Origin: the human T2T-CHM13v2.0 reference genome, Homo sapiens
Strand: one strand, 5' to 3'
NCBI RefSeq assembly: GCF_009914755.1
Contig: NC_060926.1
DNA: 64,000 nucleotides
Shown here: positions 42,401-56,509 of the stretch, piece after piece
How positions within the stretch are numbered: the stretch's first letter is position 1
Layout of the letters: the number at the start of each line of letters is the position of its first letter
Position numbers and translations under genes: made by a program
The notes under the pieces: generated by a model
Seen by the model: the letters and a program-made list of their open reading frames with translations, nothing else
What the model was told of the DNA's origin: nothing
The model's database searches: none

Positions 42401-44811
42401 GTATATCTTAAGAAACTAGAGAAAGAACAGTAAATTAAACCTAACATAAGCAGAAGGAATAAAATGATATAGACAAACCCACAATCAGTGTAACAGAAAA
42501 CAAACAAACAAGAAAGACAATGAAACCAAAAGTTATATTTTTCAAAAAAGCAATAATATTGGTAAACTTATAGTCAGATTGTTCAGAAAAAAAGTAAAAC
42601 ACAAGCAGTTTTAGGAATGGAATGAGTGAAATTACAACAGATTCTAGAGGCATTAAAAGGACAACAAAGAAACATGTTTAATGGCATTAAATTTTATGTA
42701 AAGATAAAAGGAACAAATCCCCTAAAAGATGCAAGGTAAGTGCACATAAGGAGAAATAGGTAACATAGTCCCAAATCTATTGAAGATACTGAATTAGTGG
42801 TTAAAAGCTTTTCCAGAAAGAAAACGCTAGGTTCCAAAAGCTTCACTAGTAAATTAACCAAATAGTTAATAAAAATAATAATATCATTTCTATACAGTTT
42901 CTTACAGAAAACAAGTTAGGAAGGAATACTTCCCCAAAATGAGGTCAGAGTTATACCAATACCAACCAGTAAAACTCAAACCCATAAAAGACAAGGAAAT
43001 TAAACTACTGATCAGTAATCTTCAGGCATAGAAGCAATAATCTTTCACCAAATTTTGGTGAATCACCTCTAGCAACAAAAAGGATAATACATCGTGACCA
43101 GGTAGAGTTTATCACAGGAACATAAAGTTGTTTTAACATTTGAAAATCAATCATTGCAATTCACTGTATCAATAGACTATAAAAGAAAAAATGCATAATC
43201 ATCTCAGTAGATCCACAAAAAACAGGAAATATTCAACGTTCTTTCATGAAAAAAAAACTCTCTGCAAACTAAGGAGGGAACTTTCTCAATATAATAAAGG
43301 GTTTCCACAAAAACCCTACATTTTAAATCACAATGATGAAATACCAAAGCTTTCCCTCTCAGATCGGAAGAGGGCAAAGGAACTCGTCATTTTTTTCCAG
43401 TAATGTACTGAAGCTATTAGCTAGGGCAATATGATAGAACAAAGACAAAGAAAGAGGGAGAGAGAGAGAGAAAATTAAAATTCTATTTCCAGATAACATG
43501 ATCATGTATGTAGAAAAATAATCAATTTATCAAAGATTCAGGATATAAGGTCATATACAAAAATCCAATGTATTCCTATGCTATCAACAAATATTTGGAA
43601 ATGGAAATAGAAATATAATTTATAAGAACATCTGAAATATTTGGGATTAAGTTTTTTAAAATCCTCAATATTCGTACAGTGAAATGTCTAAAACATTGCC
43701 AAGAGAAATGAAAGCAGGCCTAAATAAATGAAGAGAAAGGTCATGTTTACAGATTAGAAGACTTAATATTAAAATGTCAGTTTTTCTCTAATTGATCTAT
43801 GATTTCACCATGATACCAATCAATATTTCAGCACTATTCAGGAAATTGGCAAGTTGATTCTAAAATGTGCATGGAAATAAAAAAGACCCAGAATAACCAA
43901 TATGATTTTGAAAAATAACAAAATTATAAGACTTCTACAATCTGAGTTAAGACTAATTATAAAGTCACTAGTGCAATGCAATATTGATGTCAAGGTAGAC
44001 ATATAGATTAACACAATAGAAAGCTCAGAAATAGACGTAGACACATATTACATGATTATGTGATTTTTGACAAAGGTTTCAAAGTAATTCAATTGGGTAA
44101 GTATGGTCTTGTCAACAAATAGGCATCCATAAGTCCTTACCTCACATCATGCTTAAAAATTAACTCAAAATGGATTATAGAATTATAAAAGTGAAACTAT
44201 TAAACTTTTAGAAGAAAGTATGTGAAGAAATCTTTGTGACCTTGGTTAGCAAAGATTTGCTAGATAGAAAACCAAAAACACAAACTATAAACTAATAAGT
44301 TGTTATGCTAGATTTCATTAAAATACAAAATTAGAATCTTTTGCTTTTCAAAAGACTCTTTTATGAAAATGGAAGGTAAGCCATAGTCTGAAAGAAAATA
44401 TTTGTAAAATATAGTTCTAAAATAGACCTTAACTGGAAGATATAAGAACACTTAAACTCAATAATTAAAAAAACTAATAAATATTTGAATAGACACTTCA
44501 CCAAAGAAGATATATAAATGGCAAGTAAGCACATGAAAGGATGCTCAACATCATTAGTCTGAAGAAAAAGCAAATTAAAACCTCAATTACCATTACATAC
44601 CCACTAAAGTGACTACAGTTGAAAACCGACAATACTTTGTATTGGCAAAGGTATGATGCAAACGCAACTCTCATATATTGCTGATGGAAATAAAAGAAAA
44701 TGTCACAGCAATTTTGGAAAACAATTTGGAAGTTTCTCATAATGTTAAAAATACACATCATACAACTCAGCAATACCATTTATAGTGATTCATCCAAGAG
44801 AAATAAAACGT

Positions 44812-45120
44812 ATTTTCTTTTTTTAATTTTTTTTTTTTTTGAGACAAGGTCTTGCTCTGTTTCCCAGCCTAGAGTGCAGTGGCACTATCATGGCACATGG
44901 CAGCCTTGACCTCCTGGGCTCAAGCGATCCCCCACCTCAGCCTCCCAAGTAGCTGGGATTACAGGTGGGTGCTGTAATGACCAGCTAATTTTTGTATTTT
45001 TTGTGGAGACAGGGTTTAGCCATGTTGCCCAGGCTGGTCTTGAACTCTTGGATTTAAACTGTCGGCCCATCTCGGCCTCCCAAAGTGTTAGGATTACAGG
45101 TGTGAGCCACTGCACCTGGA
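44812..45120 (-). mobile_element. AluJ
   Basis: gcagccttgacctcctgggctcaagcgatcc J-type arm. Confidence 0.93.
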
Positions 45121-45191
45121 CTGCTTTTTTCTTTTTTTTTTTTAAATTAAAAAATTTGTTTTTGAAAACATATTTTCACACAAATACTTAT

Positions 45192-45602
45192 TATAGAAAA
45201 ACAACCTGTCGTATGGCAAGAGTGACACCATCTTGAAGCAATGATGACTTCTGCATACCAAGGTGTTTGGCAGCAAGGTCTTACAACAATACCTGTAGGA
45301 TAAATAAGCCCTCATAAAGATGCTTAGGCAACCTCTCCAGTAGTCATGAGTTTTGGCAAGAAAATCTGAGATGTGACCAGCTGCACATGTTTTGCCCTAA
45401 AAGCTTGCTATAGAAAAGATATTTTCCAAAGGGCAGGTGTGGGTATCCACTGTCTCACAGCCACCTGAGACATCGTTTCTGCTTATAAGTCCCTATTAAA
45501 TATTTATTTTTAAGAAACTGGATTTGTTAGCCTCTTTATTTGGCCTCTCAGCATCCTTAGGCTTTAGGGGGCAGGTTTGCATAGAACTGTCCATGTGGAA
45601 TG
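45192..45602 (+). mobile_element. LTR47-like ERVL solo LTR
   Basis: atggcaagagtgacaccatcttgaagc...gtgaccagctgcacatgtttt...aagtccctattaaat; TSD cttat. Confidence 0.85.
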
Positions 45603-46699
45603 CTTATACTCAATTATTCATGATGGTTTTATTCATAATAGGCCCAAACTGAAAATAACCAATATGTCTATTAACTGGTAAGTGGATAAACAAATTTTAA
45701 TTTATCCCTACAATGCAGTACTATGCTACAACAGAGAAGAATGAAAGATTGGTACACACATCAGCACAGATGATGCTCAAAAACATTTTATTAATAGGAG
45801 GAGCCATACAGAAAAGAGTGCCTACTGTATAATTCCTCATGAAGTACTATAAAAGGCAAAACCATGGTGGCTAAAAGCAAATTAATGGTTGTCAGAGGCT
45901 TGGGATGGGGTTAGGGAATTTGCTGTAAAGGGGCATGAAGGATTTTGGGTGTGATGTTCTATACATGTTCTATATAATGTTTGTGGTTGTGATTACATTA
46001 ATACCGTCATATATGTTTGTCGAAACTCAAAACATTATATACTTAAAACAAATTTTATTATATAAATTATACTGCAACAAAGGTAATTGTTAAAAACTAC
46101 CCTTAATCGATTTTTCACCTATTAAACTGACAAAACCCCAAAAGTTTGAATAATGCACTGTGTTAGTCCCACTTTGGAGAAATGGGCACTCTTAGACATC
46201 ATCTTTGTGGGAGGAAAATAGTTCATTCTATTATAAATAGCTATTTGATAGTATCTGTCAAAATTACAAAATCATATACTCTTAGACCCAGCAATTCTAT
46301 TATTGGAGACTATCCTAGTCAATTGAAAAATGGGAGACTATATACATTCTACATTATGAGTTAAAATTCTAAAAACTGAATAACAGGTTTTAAAAAATGA
46401 GAATTGATAAAGTATATATGATACAAATACAATTGCAGGAAGAAATATCTCTGAGAAGAAGAAAATGTTTCTAAGGAGAAAAGAAAGAACATGGATGCTA
46501 AATAAGGATTTGGATAGAAGTTAATTATGATACAAATTGATTAGACATTTAATTAATGTTCTTAAATCTTTCAGACATGCATGAAAGATGAACAAATGTC
46601 TGTAAAAAGTTATGAAAATCTTGAAAACACACTCATTAAGATGTATATTCCACTCTGTACAACTTAGTAGCTATAGATGCCAGTATTAAGATAATTACC

Positions 46700-47645
46700 A
46701 TCTTTATTCAAGAAATAATTATAGAAAAGCTATTGCAACTATATCATTGTGACTACAGTATACATGAACAAGACTTCTTCTGTTTAGAGGGCTAAGAATT
46801 CTTGAAGAGCACAAGACCCAAACTCATGAAGTCTTTGATAAACACAAGCTGAAATATGGCAGAAAGTGCCTATATGATCAGGAAAGGCTTCTGGGAGGAG
46901 GTGGTCAGTGAGGTGAGCCACGAAAGTGGGTAGGGGTAAAATGGGAAGGGTCATTTTTTCTAGAAGAGGGGGGCATCATTTGGGTGGTGGGAAGGCTCAA
47001 GGACAAGGAGTGAAACAGTGCAGAAAGAGAAGGACTTCAGGTGGGAGATGAGGAAAATAAGAATGTAAGAGGAGGTACCCTCCTGGAGAACCTGAACACT
47101 ACACTGCCATGTCTGCACTTACAGGCACAGGATGTCACTGGAAGCTTTGAGCAGGGGTCAGCCATGACAGCGGAGTTTAAAATACAGCATATCTGGCTGC
47201 AGTGAGCAGGATGGGTTGCAGCACTGAGAGATTGCAGGCAGAGACTGATTAGGGAAGTGTTGGAATACATTAGGCATTAAGTGATAATAACCAAGGTTCT
47301 GGTCAAGGGTGTGGCTATGAGATCAGAAAAGAAGGCTTGGATATAGAATAGATTACTTTACAAGAGCCAACAAGCTTGGCGACTAATCCTGTGTGTAGGA
47401 GAAAGAAAGGAAAGGGAAGAATCAAAGACAGCTTCTTGGTTTGAGACTGTCTTGTGGAGAGAATGATTGTACCATTGACAGAGATAAAGAAGTCAGGAAG
47501 AGATGCTGGTTTAGAGGAGGAAAATGGGGAGTGTGATTTTTAAAATATTATGTTGGAGTGGAATATTGGATATCAGTAAAAATATTCAGAAGGTAATTAG
47601 GGAGAGAGGTCAGACTTGGATAATTTAAATATGGAAGTCAACAGA
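46700..47645 (-). mobile_element. L2 fragment
   Basis: atcaggaaaggcttctgggaggaggtgg; tcactggaagctttgagcagggg; agggaagaatcaaaga; gtaccattgacagagataaagaag. Confidence 0.75.
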
Positions 47646-48000
47646 GGACTGAAGGATAAAGAGAATTAACATAGTTTGGTTAAGGGGGAAACTGATGAAG
47701 AAGAGTATTACAAACAAGGAGTGTCCCCAGTAAGGACTAACAGAGTTAGGGAGGCCTAAGGGAATCAGGGCTGGAAAGTCCACTAGGGCGGGCGATTAAG
47801 AGGTCAACAGTTCCGGTAAAGTGGGCAGTTGAGAATAGGTTTCTGGGGTGTGGGAGAAGAGGCTGTAACCCATTAGAGGTAGATGGTAATGACTATTTGC
47901 TTAAAGAGGTATCAAGAAGAACAGGGAGAAAAAATATAGGCAGAGTAGTACCAAATGGCCATATGTTTTGGGACGTAAAAGCAAAGAAACTGGAGGAGAA

Positions 48001-48002
<2 letters not shown>

Positions 48003-48049
<47 letters not shown>

Positions 48050-48070
48050 TATATATGTATGTATGTATAT
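48003..48070. repeat. (AC)19 followed by (TA/TATG)n
   Basis: Read directly from the sequence. Confidence 0.97.
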
Positions 48071-50481
48071 ATTAAGTATCAGGATTCTTAATATAGACAT
48101 CTATATCAATAATAATTTTAAAAGTTTGAATGAATATTGACATTTTTATCAGTGGATATATTTAAAAGAAAGTCAGTCTTCAAATAAAAATGAAGAAGCA
48201 TGTGTTTCTTGCCACTCAAGAACAGAGGTCCCGATCTAGTACCCTATAGGATGAATCTGGCTCACAGGTAAAATATTAAATACATTATGCAAAGCACAGC
48301 ATTTTAAACTTTTTGACTGAATGCCATAGTCCCCATCACTCCCTGTTGTCCCATAGTCAGCCTGCATCACTAGTTTGTCACCAGCCAAGCTCAGACGGCT
48401 TCTGTGTGTGTAGCCCCTGCTGTAAGTCTTTCTAATGGTAAATCTTAAAAAAAAAAGGAAAACGTGAAAATAACTCAATAATTCCAGGCAAAATATCCTG
48501 AGTTTGTCTGAGTATATTATACTTTTTTCTTAGCAAATTGGGTCCAGTGAATGTTATTTGTAGTTGTTGTTGTCTTCTGAATTATCTCAATGGGTATTGC
48601 TCCCCCTCCCCAGGCCCTCTTGGAGGACTGATTGTGGTTTGAGTGCTCTCACCCTTGCATTTGCTATGTGCTCCTGTTTGCTTGAGTGTTTCTTTTATCC
48701 AGTTCTGTTTAATTACCATGCAAAACCCTCTGTTGAGCTTTTAATTAGCAAGTTATCTCCGTCTGAAGACTGGAAACCCTGGGCTCTTTCAGCATATATT
48801 AGACAGCTAAAATATGAAATTAAAGAAAACAGAGTTTTAGCCAACAGAAACAAGTGACTCATTTCCTTGTGAAAACACACAAGGTTTATGTTACTCTGGC
48901 AACGATATTCCAGAATAGCATCTCTCCCCTCCCCTGTCAGAGCTTTTATGTGTTTCTGTTACAGTCTGTGTTCCACAGTGACCTAATGTTGAACCAAGTC
49001 ACTTAGTGATTCATCAGACACAAGAGAACTGTGCTTTCATTTAGATAGCTCGTCCTATGTCCTTTTGACCAAAGGAAGAAAAGTTTACTTTGTATGAAGA
49101 GAGGAACTGTAAAAGAGATATAAAGAACTCTTGACTGAGTGCTGTCTTAGGATGTAAGTGTGGTCCTGCTGTTACTTTAAAAACACCACAACTGGTTCCA
49201 GTGTGTTAGAATTCTAAGAGCCTATTTTTCTAGACAGCTGATTAAATCATAATGTGCAACCTGTATATGTACCACGTAGGGAAATGAAAATTCAGAGACC
49301 CATTGCAGAAGACTCCAGATGTTTCTTGGGACTCACATCGTGGGAGGGAATATCACAGTGCTTAGGGTCAAAATTTTAACCCAAACCACTACAACTCTCC
49401 AAAGCAAAAATGTGTAGAGCAAAAACAGTTGAACTAACTCTCTCTTCTAGGTTTTAAATTCTCTGAGGTACTTAAAAGGAAGTGAGGAGAACCTTCAATT
49501 TATTAAGCTCTTGCTGCTGATGTTATTTAAAAATTATGGTCTGAATGGAATGATGGTTTCAGGATTTTAAGTTTAGATACTCTCTGTGAACAGCTTTATA
49601 CTTTCATTGAAAGGGCAGTAAATTTTGTAGCCATTAGAATGCAACGAACTAAAAATTATGGGTGTATGAAGATTTTTAGTTTCTCTCTCATACTTACCAC
49701 CTGTCTGCAAAAGAGAATTTCAGGTTTGTTCAGTCATTGTTTTTTCTCTTTCAAAAAGTGTCTTTCCATTTCTCCTGACTTTGAAGAGAAAGAATAGAAT
49801 AACAGGCAGAGAGATTCATTGGAATAGTAGGAGGATGAGGGAGAATGATTTAGTGTCAATATACATTTTATTTCCCATTTATATATAATGTCAATTTGTA
49901 TAATGAGGGGCTAGAAGAAGAAAAGTAAGTGGAAAAATAATAGAAAAAGTCATGTAGGTTGAAGGTAGAGGAGATTTTTTGGAGATTTGAGAAAGGTCCA
50001 GGAACAGACATTATATATGATAGTGTTGGGTGGAGGGGAGAAAAAAGAGGATTTTAAGAATTGCTGAAACTCATGTGTCTTCATCATAGTGTTCAGTACA
50101 TACAAGAAAAGGGCTTCATTTATTTTGAAATTAAATTTGTTTGCAAGGACTGTATACTTTTAGCCATAATACTGCTCTGAGACTGAACCACGTGGATTAT
50201 GGTATTATAAACCACAAAAAGTATTATTATTTGAAAATTGCTTGACAAAATTCTGAAATTATTCCTAATAGAAAAATAATCTCAAATTGGGAAATGTTGA
50301 GTGGAAATTCCTTTTTTTATTTTTCTTCTTAATTTTTCTGTGTGTGATACCCAAGTATTAAGACAGAAAGCAAAAGTAACTACAAATCACTTACTAAGCA
50401 CTGTCATCATGAAGGTATCTCTGATATGAGTAGCCTTCCTTTTCAACATAAATAAACAAAAAGCATTAAGGAACAATTTAA

Positions 50482-50808
<327 letters not shown>

Positions 50809-51569
50809 TCGTTATAGTTTCTTACATGATTTTTTTTCATTTTAATAAAAAACTATATACTATTTTTTTAACTATGATTTTTCTCTTTGTTTTCAAACTT
50901 CAACCCTGCTTTTGGGTATCTTTAAAAAAAAACAGTCCATCCGTTGGGCATGTGGCTTCTGAAATTACAATTACAAATCCCTCATAGAAATACTGATAGA
51001 ATTTTTTTTTGAAATTAATAACCGAAGTAATTGCAAAATATTTTCAACTCGTTCAGCAATGTAAAATGAGAAAGCTGAACTATTTGCCACACAGGGCAAA
51101 TAAAGCAGGTTTTATAGTTTTGTAAATTGTAATCCTCTACCATAAACATCAATGAAATCACATCTAGAAATATAACTGTATGAGAATCAGATAGTTTGTA
51201 TGTATTTCAAACTTGAAATATAAAATGTGAATGAATTATAATAGATCACAAGATTTGAACTTTGATAGAAATAAACACTGACCAAGACCTTGATCATCAG
51301 CCTTAAAAAAGATGTTACATGCCACCATATATTGGTTATAGAATGCATTATTAACGAACCAATGAGATAAGTGTCTGATTCCCAAACTGTTTATTGGCCT
51401 AAACATTGTTAAATTTCATGAGCCATTTTGCTTCTGCAAATCTAGAAGGAAATCTGGTGATTTTATTGGATAATAAATATTAGCTACGCCTATATGATGA
51501 GAGAATGACTAAGAGTAGGGTGAACTCTGGAATCATTGAGATCAAAAACATCTTGATTAATTAAAAAAA

Positions 51570-52271
51570 CATTTAGTTGTGGTAAAATATACACAACATG
51601 AAATTTACTATTTTAAGCATACAGTTTAGTAGTGTTTGTACACAAAGTGCTGTGCCACCAATCTACAGAAGTCTTTTTATCTCGTAAAACTGTGAAACTC
51701 TATATCCATTAAACAACTACTCCTTATTCCCCCTGCCCTCAGCTCCTGGCAACCATTATTCTACTTTCTATCATGATGAGTTGAGTACTCTAGATACTTG
51801 ATATAAATGAAATCATATAGTATTTGTCTTTTTGTGACCAGTTTATTTCATTTAGCATAATGTCCTCAGGGTTTACCTGTGTTGTAGCATGTGACAGCAT
51901 TTCCTTCCTTTTTAAGACTGAATAATATTCCATTGTGTGTATGTTCCACATTTTGCTTATCCATTCATCTGTTGATGGACACTTGGGTTGCTTTCAACTT
52001 TTGGCTATTGTGAATAATGCTGCTATGAACATGGATATCTGTTAGAGACTCTGCTTTCAATTCTTTTGGGTATATACCCAGAAGTGGGATTGCTATATCA
52101 TATGGTAATTCTATCTTTTAGTTTTTGAGCAACCACCATACTGTTTTCCACAGCAGCTAAACCTTGTCCACCAACAATGCACAAGGGTATCAATTCCTTC
52201 ACATTCTGGTTGACATTTATTATTTACTGTTTTTCTTAATAGTAGTCATCTTAATGGTTGTGAGGTAGTAC
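51570..52271 (-). mobile_element. L1MB 3' end
   Basis: gttgtggtaaaatatacacaacatgaaattta...ccattcatctgttgatggacacttgggttg...tatatacccagaagtgggattgct. Confidence 0.9.
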
Positions 52272-52277
52272 TTAAAT

Positions 52278-52585
52278 TGTTTTTTTTTTTTGTTTTTTTT
52301 TTTTGAGATGGAGTCTTGCTCTGTTGCCCAGGCTGGAGTGCAGTGGCATGCTCCTGGTTCACCTCAACCTCTGCCTCCCGGGTTCAGCAATTCTCCTGCC
52401 CTAACCTCCTGAGTAACTGGGATTACAGGCACACACCACCATGCTCGGATAATCTGTTATATTTTTAGTAGAGACGGGGTTTCACCATGTTGGCCAGGCT
52501 GGTTTTGAACTCCTGACCTCAAGTGATTTGCCCACCTCAGCCTCCCAAAGTGTTGAGATTACAGGCACGAGCCACTGTGCCCAGA
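52278..52585 (-). mobile_element. AluS (Sx/Sz-like)
   Basis: Alu dimer with cctgacctcaagtgat. Confidence 0.94.
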
Positions 52586-52769
52586 CTTAATTAATTTTAA
52601 CTACATTCAAACATTAAAATTATTAAATAGAATTATGCCTCCTGTACATGTAGAAAAAGCCATAATTCAGTTTTTGCTTAAGTTGCCTGTCCCTTTTTGA
52701 AGTTCATTTAAAAAACATGAGGCATGTGTTACATAATAACACTTTTTAAAATAAAATTATTTTACACTT

Positions 52770-53297
52770 AAGATTCAATTTATCTATTGCTGAATAGTAG
52801 ATAAATGGCATCCCAAACTTAGTGGCTTAAAACAACCATCAGTTATTTAACTCATGATCCAGTGATTTGTGCAGGGTTGGAGGGGACTGTACATCTCTGT
52901 TCCATGTGATATAAACCAGGGTTGGATGTGTGGAGGCCAGGATATTGGGAAGCCTTGTTTACTCACATGTATGGTAGGTGCTGTTGGCTAAGACTTCAGC
53001 TAAAAATGTGGGCAGGAATGCCTGCGCCTTGTCTCTCCATGTAAGTTCTTGGCTTCCTCATAGCGTGGTGACTGGGTTCGAAAAGCAAGTGACCTGAAAG
53101 GGAGCTAGGAGGAAGCTGTATTGTCTTTTATAACTTATGTTCAAAAATTACATGGTGATGCTTTTGCTGTGAACCGTTAATTGAGGAAACCACAAAAGCT
53201 GACTTGGGTTCAAGAAAGGAGATATAGAAGGCTCTGGAAGAACATACGGGATGAAAAGAATTGTTGTGGCCATTTTTGGAAACCACAATCTGCCACA
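52770..53297 (-). mobile_element. MLT1F/G-like LTR
   Basis: cccaaacttagtggcttaaaacaac...ggcttcctcatagcgtgg...gccatttttggaaaccacaatctgccaca. Confidence 0.85.
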
Positions 53298-53489
53298 CTT
53301 AGTAACTTACTAAATCAGGTAACTATATGTGAAAGCATCTTTCTCCAACACTTAAAATAGTCACATTTATTTTATGTTTCAAGGTATACTGTAGATCTAC
53401 TTAACTATACTATGTTACATAGAAGTACTAATGATGTTTTCTTTTTTAAAAAATTCTCTTTCATATAGATACACATAAAGTCTGTCTGT

Positions 53490-54168
53490 CCTGCCCTTAT
53501 TTTATGAGCTTTGCAGGCCTGGAGCAAGAGTGCAGCTGGAGAACCACATATCGTATATTTAAATATTTAATAGTTTCAAATCAAATTAGCAACATAAGTG
53601 AAGTCATTTATATTCCTTTTACCTTGACAAATATTCCTTTATAATAACCTGGGAGGTCAGATTTCAATTTAGAATTTTGGAATTATAGAAGTTCTATGCC
53701 AAATGTGATGGGAGAGGCTGCTCCTGACTGCTGCCTCCTGTCTCCCTTTCTCTTCCCCTCCCCAGATCCATCCAATATTGAAGGGCTTTATTTACACACA
53801 TGTGAACAACCCACTCCTTATCCAAATTCCAGCTGTAAGACAATGCCGTACTAGAAGTGACTGTTCTTGGGCCACCCCTCAGGCCTAGAAATACAAACAT
53901 CAGAGGTGCAGACCACCTTCTGGGAGATGGCGCAGGGAAGAGGCCCGTGTAGACCATGGGTGCCTGCATAGCTTCCGGGAGCCATTTGTGTAGGCAGTTA
54001 CAGGGTCTAAAGTACACAGAATGAGATCTAGAAGTGAGGACGATGACCACATCCACTTGGCCCTGTCTCCTTTAGTCTGGAGCACAGCTAGGGGAGGAGC
54101 AGTTCAGGGCTCTGGAATATTCAGAATCCAGAGCAGGGAGCCTCTTGCCCGGGTAAGAGTGCAGTACT
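53490..54168. mobile_element. Ancient non-autonomous hAT-like DNA transposon (family uncertain)
   Basis: gcaagagtgcagctggagaaccacata...taccttgacaaatattcc...ttggg ccacccctcaggcctag...cctcttgcccgggt recalled as a mammalian hAT element. Confidence 0.55.
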
Positions 54169-56509
54169 TGAGGGAAGGTGGGAGAGAGGGCATAGTGCCG
54201 CTCCCACGCTCCCATCCTGAGCTTGCCCTGGGCCTACTTTACATGCCAGGTGCATTTGTTTTCTTGCCCTTTCATTCCTCTTCCCTTTTCCTTTCTGTCT
54301 TTTCTCTTTCCCTTCTTTCATTTTCCCCTTTTCTTTTTCGATTTATTTTCCAGATCTTTCTGGGCCCTCTTTGTTCATCTTGGTAAGCCCCATCTTGGTA
54401 AGAGCAAAAGGTGCCAGGGCTTGAGTGAAGGTCTTCCTTTGGCAATGGCACCATCCACCAGGAATGAGGGCATTGGACCCTGACAGTGATTTCACAGCCT
54501 TTCTCTATCTGCCCTCTATCTGCCTCAGTTTTCCAGAATCAGAGTTGGAGTCTGAGCCTGCATTTTGGTGCTGCTTATACCCAGATTTATAGTTCCAGGC
54601 TTTAGAAACCAAGCTTTATAATAGAGGAGCTGTTTTTATTTCAAGGTAGCCAGCAAATGATTTGCCCTATTGACCTCCAACCAGGCAGGAACAAACAACT
54701 TTTATGAGAATTGGTGTTACTTGGAAAGGATATTTGGAACGAGTGAATCAAAACTGTTTTTATCTTGTGAAAAACATTATTTTCCCCTGGATTTTGGTTC
54801 ATTTTTAATTCAAGTACCTTACCAGATGCTTTGGGTCCAGTCCCAACTGCTCTCCAAAACCAATATGACAGAATTGAATAGCCCAACATGCACCTCCTTT
54901 GTCTTCTATCCTGTTTCATGTTCTCCTTCAAACCACTTTGACTTAAAAATTTTTGCATTAGTTTATTTCCTGTACCTCAACTAAAGATCATTTTAGTTCC
55001 TACAGGATTTATACAACCTCCATGTCCAGATGGGTGATGTTAAGAGGTAACTAAACTATTCTCCAATCAATTACCTTTATATCATTATCTCTGCTGGCTC
55101 TTGTCTCTGGCAAAATTTTAAGGCTTAAATACTAACATATATCTTTCTTTACAAAAATAAACAACAAAGAAATAAGAAAATTACATCATGACAAAAATCT
55201 CTTCATATAATTAAAAGTATTAATTACCTAGAGCACAAAAAGTGTGTTAGTTTCAGCTTTTTTTATATTTAGACTTTAAATAGGGTAGAAGCTTCTGGAC
55301 ATTGTATGTCAAGAGCTCTAAGTATACATTACATACACAGGTTTTAAGACACTAAAAGCTAGAACTAAAATGGATGTAAAAATGGATCTGTCAACCTCTA
55401 ATATTCAAAGGTATAATATGAGATTTGAGAAGTTAAGCATGGAAGGCATGGGCCATTACAAAACATTTCAATTTTTCTGACATGACCTGCCTGATGAATT
55501 TTTACTTTCTGATGATTTTTGAGAGCTGTAAGTTTTCTTTTTAAATAATTCTCAGTTTTCCGTATAGAAAATCTGAAAGACCACAAAAGAAAAATATCAT
55601 TAATAATTTCCTAAACAAAAGATACCTTTTATTTCCATACATATCCTTTTTTAAAATTAAAAAAGCATTTCCCATATAACAAAAAACTTTTTCTACAGCA
55701 ATATTTACAAATATTTGATAACAATATATAAAAAAGTTGTAAAAGTAACATGTACAACAAACAAAATTTCAAACCATATGAGAGTTCAAAATATAAAATG
55801 ATATTTGTCTCTGGAAAATATGACATGTATTTTTATGTCATTAAGTCTGTGTCATCCAAAGAAAATATTACTAAAACAAATTAGGAGGAGAAAGAGGGAA
55901 AGGGATAGTTTAATTTTCATTCTCTTCAGCTCTCTCATTAGAGCATGATTATATATTTTTTACAAAGATATTTTAGATATTTAATCATATATTATGAATA
56001 TTTTTCCCCTTGAAGATATTCTTGTTGGAGGCTGTGACTATTACAAGTTTTAGCTGTTGTTGTATAGACTTGCTGACTGCTGTCCACTTGAGATTGTATT
56101 GCATCTTTGGGTTTGTATCACTGTTTCTTGGATTTCATATCTTTTTGAAATTACCTTTTCAGTTTGCTGTATTATATCCTGAAGTATTTTCAGAGATAGT
56201 CTGTGGGTTGTGAAAAACTTTCTGATTATTTTCATGCCCAAAACTATATCTTTTCTGCACTCATATCTGGTTGATGTTTTGCCCAGTTATAGAATTATAT
56301 ATTCAAAATAGTTTTTTTTCTCAGTAGTATAAAGGCATTGCTCAACTGAAATATAGTATCTAATGCCCCTTATAAAAAGTCTGATACCATTCTGATTCTC
56401 AATCTTTTATACATAACTATTCTTTCTGGAACCTTGTAGAATCTTATCTTTATCATCAGAGTTCTGAAAAAATGCTGGATATGTTCAAGTAAGGACCTTA
56501 AAAAAATAT

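Larger units (their letters stand above)
39458..46085 (+). mobile_element. Near-full-length ancient L1ME-type LINE (5' end, ORF1, ORF2, 3'UTR), degenerate
   Basis: 5' ttctggccaagactgagtaa; ORF1-like aaaattttccaaacttgatgaaaacc; ORF2-like ttgacctaattgacatttatagaacactgcatcc; 3' aaggggcatgaagga...tgtcgaaactc. Confidence 0.85.

Noticed and set aside
47778-47795. CTCF-like ccactagggcgg
   Set aside because: Mismatches at conserved core positions
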